Counted from the stretch's first letter, positions 30,019 through 39,555 are shown. The stretch: DNA of 44,065 nt from an uncultured Flavobacteriales bacterium (GCA_937925455.1 CALEWF010000056.1:1-44065), one strand, 5' to 3'. The notes: a model not told the origin generated them from the sequence alone. Numbers and translations: made by a program.

Positions 30019-30951
30019 TTAAAATATAAATGAAGAACTGATGGATTCATCTACCAACAGTTTTTTGATTACATCTGAAAATAAATCTGCTACCGACAAT
30101 ACCTTGATTTTATCGCAAGGTTGTTTTAGTGGGATGGTATCGGTTACTACCATTTCCGTAAGCTTAGAATTCATAATACGTTCGTAGGCATTGCCAGACA
30201 GGATGGGGTGGGTGCAGAAAGCTCGTACACTCAATGCCCCGTTTTCAACCATCAGATCTGCTGCTTTGGTCAGGGTGCCCGCAGTGTCAACCATGTCATC
30301 TATCATGATTACATGCTTGCCACATACATCACCAATCATGGTCATGGCTTCCACCTGGTTGGCTTTAGCCCGTTGTTTGTAAACCATAGCCATTTCAAGC
30401 CCCAAATATTTGGAGTAGGAATTGGCTCGCTTAGAACCTCCAATGTCCGGAGCCGCTACAATCATATTATCCAACCCTAAACTTTTAATGTAGGGTGCAA
30501 AAATGGCTGAAGCATACAGGTGATCAACCGGAACATCAAAAAATCCTTGTATCTGGTCTGCATGCAAATCCATCGTCATGATGCGGGTAACGCCGGCTGC
30601 TGTGAGCAGATTGGCAACTAATTTTGAACCGATAGAAACACGAGGGCGGTCTTTTCTATCCTGACGTGCAAAACCAAAATACGGTATTACCGCAATAATT
30701 TGACGAGCAGAAGCACGCTTGGCAGCATCTATAGCCAGTAACAACTCCATCAAATTGTCTGCCGGTGGAAATGTTGACTGAATAATAAACACATCACATC
30801 CTCTGACAGATTCTTCAAAGAACGGTTGAAATTCGCCATCACTAAATTCCAGCACATTCATTTTCCCTAGCTCGGTGCCAAACGATTGAGCAATTTTTTT
30901 CGCCAAATATTCTGACGAGCGACAAGAGAAAAATTTAGGCTGTGATGACAT
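30019..30951 (-). CDS. prs: Ribose-phosphate pyrophosphokinase
   Basis: About 310 aa from MSSQPKFFS. PRPP-binding loop (VIMIDDMVDTAGTL) and the DLHA motif. The track ORF starts at an upstream TTG. Confidence 0.93.
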   Translation of the reverse strand: MSSQPKFFSCRSSEYLAKKIAQSFGTELGKMNVLEFSDGEFQPFFEESVRGCDVFIIQSTFPPADNLMELLLAIDAAKRASARQIIAVIPYFGFARQDRKDRPRVSIGSKLVANLLTAAGVTRIMTMDLHADQIQGFFDVPVDHLYASAIFAPYIKSLGLDNMIVAAPDIGGSKRANSYSKYLGLEMAMVYKQRAKANQVEAMTMIGDVCGKHVIMIDDMVDTAGTLTKAADLMVENGALSVRAFCTHPILSGNAYERIMNSKLTEMVVTDTIPLKQPCDKIKVLSVADLFSDVIKKLLVDESISSSFIF

Positions 30952-31046
30952 AATAAATGATCTCAATTCCTCCAAAAAAGGAGTGCGAAAATATAAATAA
31001 ATACACTTTTACCAAAACATTTTGTACGTGAATATGAAATATTTTA

Positions 31047-31054
31047 TACTTTTG
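31047..31054 (+). promoter_or_regulatory. Bacteroidota -7 promoter box TACTTTTG upstream of tRNA-Leu
   Basis: Exact match to TAnnTTTG, 20 nt before the tRNA 5' end. The identical octamer precedes tRNA-Arg at 38808. Confidence 0.5.
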
Positions 31055-31074
31055 CCATCCGTTTATGAAAATAC

Positions 31075-31158
31075 GCCCGGGTGGCGGAACTGGTAGACGC
31101 GCTGGACTCAAAATCCAGTGGTAGCAATACCGTGGGGGTTCGATTCCCTTCCCGGGTA
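31075..31158 (+). tRNA. tRNA-Leu (anticodon CAA)
   Basis: Cloverleaf folded by hand. Acceptor GCCCGGG/CCCGGGT. Anticodon stem CTGGA/TCCAG with loop CTCAAAA. Long variable arm (GGTAGCAATACC). T-loop TTCGATT. No encoded CCA. Confidence 0.85.
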
Positions 31159-31163
31159 CTTAT

Positions 31164-31200
31164 GGGTATAAAAGTTTATGGCTTTTATACCCTTTTTTAT
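31164..31200 (+). terminator. Rho-independent terminator after tRNA-Leu
   Basis: Perfect 11-bp stem GGGTATAAAAG / CTTTTATACCC (31164-31174 / 31182-31192) followed by TTTTTTATTTTTTT. Confidence 0.85.
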
Positions 31201-31367
31201 TTTTTTCGTGCTTATACGCCTGTTTAGTACAATTGATTTTTTTTAAAACTCATGCAACCTTTGGTTCATATTTAAAGTCTAATTCGACAGCTGTTGTTTG
31301 GTTTAACTTGTGTTATTGATACTTTTTTGTTAAATTTGTCGATTGAATTAATTTTGATGATGTTTTT

Positions 31368-33707
31368 GTGAAAATACCAATTACTTTCATCGTAAGGTTT
31401 ATTTTCTTGATTCCCATATTATTGGGAGCTGTCAATCATATTACCTGGGCGCAGCCCATTGATGCAGGTCCTAATTTAGCCGTTTGTCCGGGTACACCTG
31501 TGAATCTTACAGCAACAATTAATCTGGGCATGCCTTCGGCAGGTCCAGCTACAAACGTAACGAATATCATGTCATGTGATGATTGTAACTCTCCGGTGGT
31601 GAATATTGGGTTTACTTTTAATTTTTACGGAAATAATTATACACAGTGTGTAATATCTTCAAACGGCTACATCACATTTGATTTGTCAGTAGCTAATGGT
31701 TATTCCCCATGGTCAATTACGGCTGCAATACCTAATGCGGGATTGCCATTAAATGCCATTATGGCACCTTGGCAAGATATTAATCCGGGTATGGGAACTG
31801 TTGACATCATCCGTTATCAATTATTTGGAACTGCTCCTAATCGGGTATTTGTGGTTGAATATTTGGATGTCCCCATGTTTAGCTGTGGACAGTCTTTCTG
31901 CTACGGAGCTCAAATTAAATTATACGAAGGAACAAACGTTATTGAAACCCATATAGCCAACAAACCTTTATGCTCTCAATGGAATAGTGGCCGTGCAATC
32001 CATGGACTTCACAATGCGAATGGAACCATAGCTCATGTAGTACCGGGTAGAAACTATCCCAATCAATGGACCGCAACCAATGACGGAAAGCGATTTACAC
32101 CCAATGGAAACAATAATTATACGATTACCAATATTCCTTTTAGCCCCACAATTTTAGGTACAACACCACCTAACAACGCTTTTCAGTGGTTTATTGCTGG
32201 TAATCCAACAGTTCAAGCTACAGGTTTAACCTACAATCCTACTCCAACTACTACAACGAATTATGTAATTCGTTACACTTATTCATCTTGCGGTGGTTTT
32301 ACTTTTTCTGATACGGTAACTGTAAGTATGATACAAATTACTCCCCAAATAGCCGGAGTTAATACCTATTGTACAGGTGATAGTACTAAAATTTATACAA
32401 CCCAGACCTATAGTGCTTATTTATGGTCAAATGGTGCTACCACAGATTCTATTTGGGTAACTCAAGGGTCATATACGGTGCAGGTTACTGATGCCAATGG
32501 TTGTACTGGCAATTCCCCACCATTTCAGGTAAGTGCCCTTCCATTACCCCAACCGGTTATTACAGGTCCCACTGAATATTGTGCAGGTTCAAACGTGAAT
32601 CTTCAAACCACACACAATTACCAACAGTATGCTTGGAGCACAGGGGATGTTACATCCAGTATAACTGTAACTGCCGGAGACTATACGGTAACAGTTACAG
32701 ATGCTAATGGATGTGTATCATCTTCACAGCCGTTCACTGTTACAGAAAATCCACTCCCGGAGCCGGTTATTCAAGGTCAAAACATCTATTGTGAAGGAGG
32801 ACCTAACGTCTTAAGTACCACTCTATCTTATGCTAATTATGTATGGTCAAATAATACGTACAATTCTACGTTGACACTTTATGGTGGGGGGACTGGAAGT
32901 TATGTTGTTACTGTTACGGATAATAATAATTGTGTAGGCACTTCGGCGCCTTTCGATGTGGTAGAGGTGATTTTAACTCCTGCTATTACCGGTGTCCAGG
33001 ATTTTTGTGAGGGCTCATCCATTAACCTGGGGGTATCCAATGGACCTTATGCTGGGTATTTATGGAGCACTGGTTCTTCTGCTCCCGAAATTTCGGTTAC
33101 GGGAGGAACTTATACGGTTACTGTAACTGACATTAATGGATGTTCAAAAAGTGCTTCAGCTTTTGCTCCAGCTACGCCGTCACCAACCGTTGCATTTTAT
33201 GCTACTCCTCAGCCGGCTTTGATTTCAGCGCCTGTCATCACCTTTGTTAATGCATCTTCTCCAGATGCTATAACATTCCATTGGGATTTTGCCGGCTTTG
33301 GAAGTTCTACCGATGAGAATCCAATTTTTGAGTTTACGGAACCTGGTTTTTGGAATGTAACTCTTCAAGTTTGGAATTATTTAGGGTGTACAAATTCTGT
33401 AACTCAAACCATAGAAATTAAGCCCCAGAGTGAAATATACATTCCCAACGCATTTACCCCCAATGGAGACGGAATAAATGATGTGTTTTTTGCTCATGGA
33501 AATGACTTAGTGGGAAGACATGTTGAAGTGCATATATTTAACCGATGGGGGCAGCGAGTATATTACGGCACTTCCATAGAAAAACCTTGGGATGGTAGAT
33601 GTGGAGAGGAACCCTGTCCTGAAGGAGTTTATGTATATCGAATTTTCTACAAAAACCAAGAAGGAAAGGTATATCGCTTTATGGGTAATGTAAACTTAAT
33701 TCGATAA
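31368..33707 (+). CDS. T9SS (type B / gliding motility-associated) C-terminal-domain surface protein with tandem Ig-like repeats
   Basis: 779 aa with a GTG start and a signal peptide. Four repeats of about 72 aa (YC.G.S..L......Y..Y.WS.G....I.VT.G.YTV.VTD.NGC). C-terminal IYIPNAFTPNGDGINDVF motif, characteristic of the CHU_C/T9SS type B sorting domain. Confidence 0.85.
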   Translation: MKIPITFIVRFIFLIPILLGAVNHITWAQPIDAGPNLAVCPGTPVNLTATINLGMPSAGPATNVTNIMSCDDCNSPVVNIGFTFNFYGNNYTQCVISSNGYITFDLSVANGYSPWSITAAIPNAGLPLNAIMAPWQDINPGMGTVDIIRYQLFGTAPNRVFVVEYLDVPMFSCGQSFCYGAQIKLYEGTNVIETHIANKPLCSQWNSGRAIHGLHNANGTIAHVVPGRNYPNQWTATNDGKRFTPNGNNNYTITNIPFSPTILGTTPPNNAFQWFIAGNPTVQATGLTYNPTPTTTTNYVIRYTYSSCGGFTFSDTVTVSMIQITPQIAGVNTYCTGDSTKIYTTQTYSAYLWSNGATTDSIWVTQGSYTVQVTDANGCTGNSPPFQVSALPLPQPVITGPTEYCAGSNVNLQTTHNYQQYAWSTGDVTSSITVTAGDYTVTVTDANGCVSSSQPFTVTENPLPEPVIQGQNIYCEGGPNVLSTTLSYANYVWSNNTYNSTLTLYGGGTGSYVVTVTDNNNCVGTSAPFDVVEVILTPAITGVQDFCEGSSINLGVSNGPYAGYLWSTGSSAPEISVTGGTYTVTVTDINGCSKSASAFAPATPSPTVAFYATPQPALISAPVITFVNASSPDAITFHWDFAGFGSSTDENPIFEFTEPGFWNVTLQVWNYLGCTNSVTQTIEIKPQSEIYIPNAFTPNGDGINDVFFAHGNDLVGRHVEVHIFNRWGQRVYYGTSIEKPWDGRCGEEPCPEGVYVYRIFYKNQEGKVYRFMGNVNLIR

Positions 33708-33729
33708 AAATAACCATTGATTGTTTAGG

Positions 33730-33760
33730 GGCTAACAAAATTTTGTTGGCCTTTTTTTTT
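33730..33760 (+). terminator. Rho-independent terminator after the T9SS protein gene
   Basis: GGCTAACAAAA/TTTTGTTGGCC hairpin followed by T9. Confidence 0.75.
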
Positions 33761-33813
33761 GATTAATTTATTGGGTAAAATTTTATCTTTGGCTGAACCC
33801 AATTTGCGTGATT

Positions 33814-34908
33814 ATGAAAAGAATATGGTTTTGTTTGAGTTTATTGTTGGTTGCTTTACCGGCTACTGCCTGGTTACAAACCGGCGAATTAACATTGGTT
33901 GTTGATTCTGCTCTTGGATTAAATCCGGATGCTCAACGATTGTATAATGAAGGCATTTCGGCTTTTGAATCGAATAGATTGGATGATGCGGCACAGAAGT
34001 TTACGGAAGCCATCCAATTAGAGCCCAAATTTGAAAAAGCTTATCTAAACCGAGGTAAGGTATATATTCAACAAGCGAAGTGGGATTTGGCATTGCAAGA
34101 TTTAGATAAAGTCATTGAATTAAATCCCAATGCGGCAAATGCTTATGAGCTGAAAGCGCAGGTTTATGTAGAAAAAGGAGATAAAGAGTCAGCAATTGCT
34201 GCTTATACACAAGCCTTGTCAAAACCGGATGCACCTGCTGCCCTTTATTATCAGCGGGGTATGCTGTATTTTGAAATGCAAAAAAACGAGGAAGCCATCA
34301 AAGATTTGGATATGTGCATTCAAAAAGATCCGGAAAATGCTGTAGCCTATAATGACCGGGGTAGTATAAAATGGAAGGCAGGAAAATTAGATGAAGCATT
34401 GCTTGACTATCAAACCGCCGTTAAAAAAGACCCTAAATTGGTTTTTGCCTATAACAATCGGGGAAGTTTATTGCGTGAAAAAGGAGATTATGCCGGCTCT
34501 ATTAAAGCTTACAACGAAGCATTGATGGTAAAGAAAGATTATTACATAGCCTTGAATAATAGAGGCTTAGCCTATTTTGCCTGGGGAAAATATGACGAAG
34601 CCCTAAAAGACTTTAATGAAGTATTAAAAATAAAACCTGATTATGTATATGCATTAAATAATCGGGCTGCAGTGTATATTAAACAAAAAAAATACAACGA
34701 GGCGGTAGCCGATTGTGATAAAGCCATCTCTATGGATAAAAATTATGGGGACGCTTATCTTAACCGGGGAATAGCTAAAGAAATGTTGAGGCAAGAAGAG
34801 CAAGCTTGCAATGACTGGTTGCAGGCAGCTTCATTAGGAGTTAGCAGCGCTGAAATTTATTATAATTCAGGACCGTGTGCAGAAATAGAACGATATAAAA
34901 ACAAATAA
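33814..34908 (+). CDS. Tetratricopeptide (TPR) repeat protein, secreted
   Basis: Signal peptide followed by about 8 consecutive 34-aa TPR units (A..YN.RG..... G.YD.A..D...A....P). ATG at 33814; the track ORF starts at a GTG at 33808. Confidence 0.85.
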   Translation: MKRIWFCLSLLLVALPATAWLQTGELTLVVDSALGLNPDAQRLYNEGISAFESNRLDDAAQKFTEAIQLEPKFEKAYLNRGKVYIQQAKWDLALQDLDKVIELNPNAANAYELKAQVYVEKGDKESAIAAYTQALSKPDAPAALYYQRGMLYFEMQKNEEAIKDLDMCIQKDPENAVAYNDRGSIKWKAGKLDEALLDYQTAVKKDPKLVFAYNNRGSLLREKGDYAGSIKAYNEALMVKKDYYIALNNRGLAYFAWGKYDEALKDFNEVLKIKPDYVYALNNRAAVYIKQKKYNEAVADCDKAISMDKNYGDAYLNRGIAKEMLRQEEQACNDWLQAASLGVSSAEIYYNSGPCAEIERYKNK

Positions 34909-34911
34909 GCA

Positions 34912-37053
34912 ATGAAACATATAATCATACTTCTTTCAGCATTTTTATTTAACCTCTCATCGTTTTCGCAAACCGATGTACCTTTTGATAAGGATTATTT
35001 TAAAGATCGAAAGGATGAATTTAAAGCGGCTCGAAAAGATTTTGATGAAGGAATGAAATTTATGGGTGCCATTGAAAAAATGACAGACCCATCGGTAAGC
35101 CTGCTCAAAAATTTTAAAAATAATATTGCAATGTATCGCAATGCAATTCCATTTTTTGAGCGTGCAGTAGCATTTAATCCCAATTATTCGGTACTGAATT
35201 ACAACTTGGGAAAATGTTACATGGCAAGTAATCAGAAATTCAAAGCGGCTGATTTGCTTGAAAAAGCATATAAAATAAACCCAACGGTAAGTAAGGATAT
35301 CCACTTTTTTTTAGGATGGGCTTATCATGTAAAGAATAACTGGGAAAAAGCAAAATATCATTACGAGCAATATAAAAAAACGCTTACCACAACGGCTGAT
35401 GCAATTAATGTGGATATGGTAAATAAAAAGTTATTCGAGTGTACCAATGGTGAAAAACTAGAAAAAAATCCCATACGGGTTTGGGTAGATAATTTGGGAA
35501 GTAATATCAATACGGAGTTTCCTGAATATTCACCATTAATTACAGCAGATGAGTCCACCATCATTTTTACGGCACGCAGAAGCGATACCTACAAAGGAGG
35601 AGTAGACCCCAACGATGGCCAGTATTATGAAGATATTTACATAGCCCGAAAGAATGATAAAGGCAAATGGGAAAAAGCTCAAAACTTGGGAAGTGAGATT
35701 AATACCGATAATCACGATGCGCCGGCAGGTCTCTCACCTGATGGTAAACTTCTGTTTGTATTTTATGGTTGGAAAGGTGCAGGAGATATTTATGTGTCAA
35801 AATTTGAAAATAACAAGTATTCCAAGCCTGAGAAATTGCCAAATGATATTTCAGGCAAAGACACCTATGAATCTTCTGCTGCTATATCGTTTGATGGGAA
35901 AGAACTTTATTTTGCTTCCAATCGTCCCGGAGGTCTTGGGGAGGAAGATATTTATGTGAGCAAGTGGGACGAGAAAAAGAAAAACTGGGGCATGCCGGTT
36001 AATCTTGGTCCTACGATTAATACGAAGTATCGCGAAACCGGAATTTTTCTTCATCCGGATGGAGAAACTATGTATTTTGCTTCTGAGGGGCATGAATCTA
36101 TGGGAGGATTTGATATCTTCATGTCAAAGCGGGTAAATGGTGTTTGGACAAAACCTGTAAACGTGGGATACCCTGTAAATTCATCCGATGATGATGTGTT
36201 CTTTGTTACATCAGGTTCCGGAAGATATGCGTACTATACTTCGTTTAGAGAAGATGGTTTTGGAGAGAAAGACTTATATCGTATTACTTTCTTAGGCCCG
36301 GAAAAACAACCTTTGCTAAGCGGCGAAGATAATTTGTTGGTTAATGCTAAGCCTGTTAAAGAAGTAAAATTAGAGCCTAAAGTGGAAGTTACAACGGCCA
36401 GCTTGATTATTTTAAAAGGAACAATTCGTGATGAACAAACCAAAATTCCGTTAGGTTCTAGCATTGAGCTTGTTGATAATGAAAAGAATGAACTGATTAC
36501 TTCATTTACATCGGATGCTACAACCGGAAAATACATGATAACCATACCCGGTGGTATAAATTATGGTATTGCCGTGAAAGCCGATGGATATCTATTTCAT
36601 TCTGAAAATATATTTATTCCTAAATCATCAGGATATCGAGAATATCAAAAAGATATTGACCTGAAGAAAATCGAGGTGGGGAAAGCCATTGTGCTTCGAA
36701 ACATATTTTATGATTTTGATAAAGCTACCCTACGTTCAGAATCAACTGCAGAATTGGAACGCTTAATTAAACTAATGAACGAAAATCCAACATTGAAAAT
36801 TGAGATTTCCAGTCATACTGATAGTAGAGGTAGCGATACTTATAATCAAAAATTATCGGAAGAGCGTGCCAAGTCAGTGGTTGATTATTTAATTTCTAAA
36901 GGTATCAGTAGTTCTCGTTTGGTTTACAAAGGATATGGAGAAACGCAGTTGCTGGTGAGTGATGAAGAGATTGCCAAAATGAAAACAAATACTGAGCGGG
37001 AAGAAGCTCACCAAATGAACCGTAGAACAGAATTTAAAATTTTAAGTAAATAA
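34912..37053 (+). CDS. OmpA-family protein with N-terminal TPR and TolB-like (PD40) beta-propeller repeats
   Basis: 713 aa. Repeated EYSP.I..D..T..F......GG.D.Y units. C-terminal OmpA peptidoglycan-binding domain (NIFYDFDKATLRSES...SHTDSRGSDTYNQKLSEERA). Starts 3 nt after the TPR gene. Confidence 0.85.
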   Translation: MKHIIILLSAFLFNLSSFSQTDVPFDKDYFKDRKDEFKAARKDFDEGMKFMGAIEKMTDPSVSLLKNFKNNIAMYRNAIPFFERAVAFNPNYSVLNYNLGKCYMASNQKFKAADLLEKAYKINPTVSKDIHFFLGWAYHVKNNWEKAKYHYEQYKKTLTTTADAINVDMVNKKLFECTNGEKLEKNPIRVWVDNLGSNINTEFPEYSPLITADESTIIFTARRSDTYKGGVDPNDGQYYEDIYIARKNDKGKWEKAQNLGSEINTDNHDAPAGLSPDGKLLFVFYGWKGAGDIYVSKFENNKYSKPEKLPNDISGKDTYESSAAISFDGKELYFASNRPGGLGEEDIYVSKWDEKKKNWGMPVNLGPTINTKYRETGIFLHPDGETMYFASEGHESMGGFDIFMSKRVNGVWTKPVNVGYPVNSSDDDVFFVTSGSGRYAYYTSFREDGFGEKDLYRITFLGPEKQPLLSGEDNLLVNAKPVKEVKLEPKVEVTTASLIILKGTIRDEQTKIPLGSSIELVDNEKNELITSFTSDATTGKYMITIPGGINYGIAVKADGYLFHSENIFIPKSSGYREYQKDIDLKKIEVGKAIVLRNIFYDFDKATLRSESTAELERLIKLMNENPTLKIEISSHTDSRGSDTYNQKLSEERAKSVVDYLISKGISSSRLVYKGYGETQLLVSDEEIAKMKTNTEREEAHQMNRRTEFKILSK

Positions 37054-37059
37054 AAAGCG

Positions 37060-38280
37060 GTGAATAAACATTCAAGTGCTACCCGATTATTGTTGAAAGA
37101 TGTAATATTAGGTACAGCTTTTTTATACCTAGTATATTTCTTTTTATCCTTTGTGCCAATAAATCTTAAGGTTTTTCATTCCATCAAATTAGCATTGAAA
37201 GATTTTAAGTTTACGGATATTTATTACTCTAAGCTTCATAAAAACGAAAAACAGCAACCCACTGGTGAAATTGTTTTATTGAATATCGGGAGGGCCAATC
37301 GTGCTCAAATTGCTCATACTATTGAGACTGTAAGTTCCGCTAATCCTAAAGTATTGGGATTGGATGTTTATTTTGCTTCACGTAACGATGAATATGCCGA
37401 CTCACTTCTAAAACAGGCAATATTTAAAGCAGAATCTATTACCCGGGTAGTGCATGCTGGCGTTCTAGGTCAGAAAGGAGAGCAGTGGGTGTACCAAAAA
37501 TCTAATGATGTTTTTTTTACTACAAAATCCCCGTCTTATATCAATTTAATGCAGGCTGAATCAAAGCCTACCATTCGTTACTTTGAGCCTTTTAAAAAAT
37601 CGGAAGGACAGGAATTAGAAAGTTTTTCGGCAGCCGTAGTAAAAGCTTTTGATGCAGAAAAATATGAAGAGCTTAAAAAACGGCATAAGAAAAAAGAATA
37701 CATTCATTATGTAGGCAATCAGGAAAAATTCAATGTGCTGGATTATCGTATGCTTGATAGCACTTTTGATGTTCGGGCTGCTTTTGAAAACAAAATCGTT
37801 TTGCTGGGTTTTTTGGGTGATACCTTAAATATGTCGTATGACATTGAAGATAAATTTTTCACCCCATTGAATGATAAATATTTAGGCCGTTCTATTCCGG
37901 ATATGTATGGACTTGTTATTCATGCTAATATCATTGAAATGATGTTGCGGGAACATTATCTGAATGCACCTCCTTATTGGCTGGTTGGGGTCTTGTCGTT
38001 AGTATTCGTGATATTGCATGTATGGGCATTTGTGTATTTCTATGTTAAAAAACATATTTGGTTTCATTTAGTGGCTAAAATCTTACAGCTTATAACTGCC
38101 GGACTGATTGTGTATATCTCGTTGTATTTGCATGAAACCTGGCGAATTATATTGGATACAAACCTGTTTACTTTGCCGGTAGTGCTTTTGGTGGACGTAT
38201 TGTATTTTTATGATGGTTTGGTGAAGTTTTTGCACAAGAAATTGGGATTTACCACCTATTTCATGCATGGCCACCATTAA
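37060..38280 (+). CDS. CHASE2 domain-containing membrane protein without recognisable output domain
   Basis: 406 aa with a GTG start. N-terminal TM helix, a CHASE2-like segment (IVLLNIGRANRAQIAHTIE......PKVLGLDVYF ... GLVIHANIIEMML), then three C-terminal TM helices and the end of the protein. Confidence 0.7.
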   Translation: MNKHSSATRLLLKDVILGTAFLYLVYFFLSFVPINLKVFHSIKLALKDFKFTDIYYSKLHKNEKQQPTGEIVLLNIGRANRAQIAHTIETVSSANPKVLGLDVYFASRNDEYADSLLKQAIFKAESITRVVHAGVLGQKGEQWVYQKSNDVFFTTKSPSYINLMQAESKPTIRYFEPFKKSEGQELESFSAAVVKAFDAEKYEELKKRHKKKEYIHYVGNQEKFNVLDYRMLDSTFDVRAAFENKIVLLGFLGDTLNMSYDIEDKFFTPLNDKYLGRSIPDMYGLVIHANIIEMMLREHYLNAPPYWLVGVLSLVFVILHVWAFVYFYVKKHIWFHLVAKILQLITAGLIVYISLYLHETWRIILDTNLFTLPVVLLVDVLYFYDGLVKFLHKKLGFTTYFMHGHH

Positions 38281-38327
38281 TTAAACTCCAGGAAGTCATT
38301 AGAATTTTTATACTGATATAGAGTTTA

Positions 38328-38529
38328 GAGGGGGCGGTCGCATGTTTCTCCGCCTCGTAGGGCGGATACACCCGCTGTCCCGCCTGCTGCGGATGGAAGT
38401 GGAAAGCCCGCAGGGGCGAAGCCCACAGGCCACGGGATAGCGGGGCTGAGGGCACGAAGACACCGCTATTCCGATGCCCTGTGTGGCTGAGCCCCGAGGA
38501 CTTGTAACGTACAGCCGCACCAAGCAGCC
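38328..38529 (-). repeat. GC-rich imperfect-palindrome intergenic repeat, copy E (core 38384-38529, 3' module 38328-38383)
   Basis: The reverse complement aligns to copy D over the full length with about 8 core substitutions, some of them paired across the hairpin. Confidence 0.9.
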
Positions 38530-38807
38530 TAATATCAATAGTTTAGTGACAATATTGGGTTAATAACAATAACAATATTCCTGACCATAGATAGAGTGAT
38601 TTCTTAGTTGGTAAAAGCTATTTTAACGTGCAAAAAAATGGATAAAATTTTTTTAGGCTAAAAAAATGATTTTGGGGGTAATTTTAATATGTATGTGCTT
38701 AAATTTCAATAATATATGACAAAAACTGCTAATGGTTGCCTTTAGAAATTTCTCCTAATAACAAGGGGGGGGTTATGCCGCCTTTTCCTTTTTTTAAGCT
38801 ATCCTGT

Positions 38808-38815
38808 TACTTTTG
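38808..38815 (+). promoter_or_regulatory. Bacteroidota -7 promoter box TACTTTTG upstream of tRNA-Arg
   Basis: Exact TAnnTTTG match, 16 nt before the tRNA 5' end. Confidence 0.5.
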
Positions 38816-38831
38816 CATTGTTTTTTTATGA

Positions 38832-38903
38832 GGCCTCGTAGTTCAATGGATAGAACGAAAGTTTCCTAAACTTTAAATACAGGTTCGATTCCTGTCGAGG
38901 CCA
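38832..38903 (+). tRNA. tRNA-Arg (anticodon CCT)
   Basis: Folded by hand. Acceptor GGCCTCG/CGAGGCC. D-arm GTTC-AATGGATA-GAAC. Anticodon stem AAAGT/ACTTT with loop TTCCTAA. T-arm ACAGG-TTCGATT-CCTGT. Discriminator A. Confidence 0.9.
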
Positions 38904-38979
38904 CTAAGTAAGATTGAGTAATTGGCAATATTTCAATCACTTTAAAGGTTTTACTTCATCATCTGGTACCAAAAGTATT

Positions 38980-39555
38980 TTACTTTTTCAACCTTTCAGG
39001 ATTTTGTTTTATAAACGTTTCCCAGCTTCTCCCTTTAGTTTTTCCTGTGGTTTTTGTTTTGGAAGAGTTGGTGTTGCCGTTTTGAAAATAATGGCAAACA
39101 GCCACGGCTAATCCATCGGTAGCATCTAGGTATTTTTCTGTATATGTAAAATTTAAAATTCTTTCCAGCATAGCGGCAACTTGTTCTTTGCTTCCTGCCC
39201 CTTTGCCCGTGATTGATTGCTTTACTTTACGGGGAGAATATTCTACTACTGGCAACCGGTGATACAATCCTGCTGCAATGGCAATTCCCTGGGCGCGTCC
39301 CAGCTTAAGCATGGACTGTACATTTTTTCCGAAAAAAGGGGCTTCAATGGCCATTTCTGTTACCTGATATGTTGATATTAATTGCTGGGTTTCTTCAAAA
39401 ATTCGACTTAATTTTTCAAATCCTTCAGCACCAGTAGGCATGTGTATTACTCCCAACGTAACTAACGATAGTTTACTGCCCTGTACATGAATGATTCCAT
39501 ATCCCATGATGTTGGTGCCGGGGTCTATGCCAAGTATGATGCGAGGTTTGTTCAA
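38980..39555 (-). CDS. ruvC: Crossover junction endodeoxyribonuclease RuvC
   Basis: 191 aa with the N-terminal ILGIDPGT motif and the ATDGLAVAVCH motif. Apparent TTG start. Lys/Thr-rich C-terminal tail. Confidence 0.88.
   Translation of the reverse strand: MNKPRIILGIDPGTNIMGYGIIHVQGSKLSLVTLGVIHMPTGAEGFEKLSRIFEETQQLISTYQVTEMAIEAPFFGKNVQSMLKLGRAQGIAIAAGLYHRLPVVEYSPRKVKQSITGKGAGSKEQVAAMLERILNFTYTEKYLDATDGLAVAVCHYFQNGNTNSSKTKTTGKTKGRSWETFIKQNPERLKK

Noticed and set aside
38536-38807. The long AT-rich spacer (about 270 nt) between repeat E and tRNA-Arg as a possible small RNA or leader.
   Set aside because: I found no convincing stem-loops, repeats or conserved motifs by eye, other than the -7 promoter box near its 3' end.
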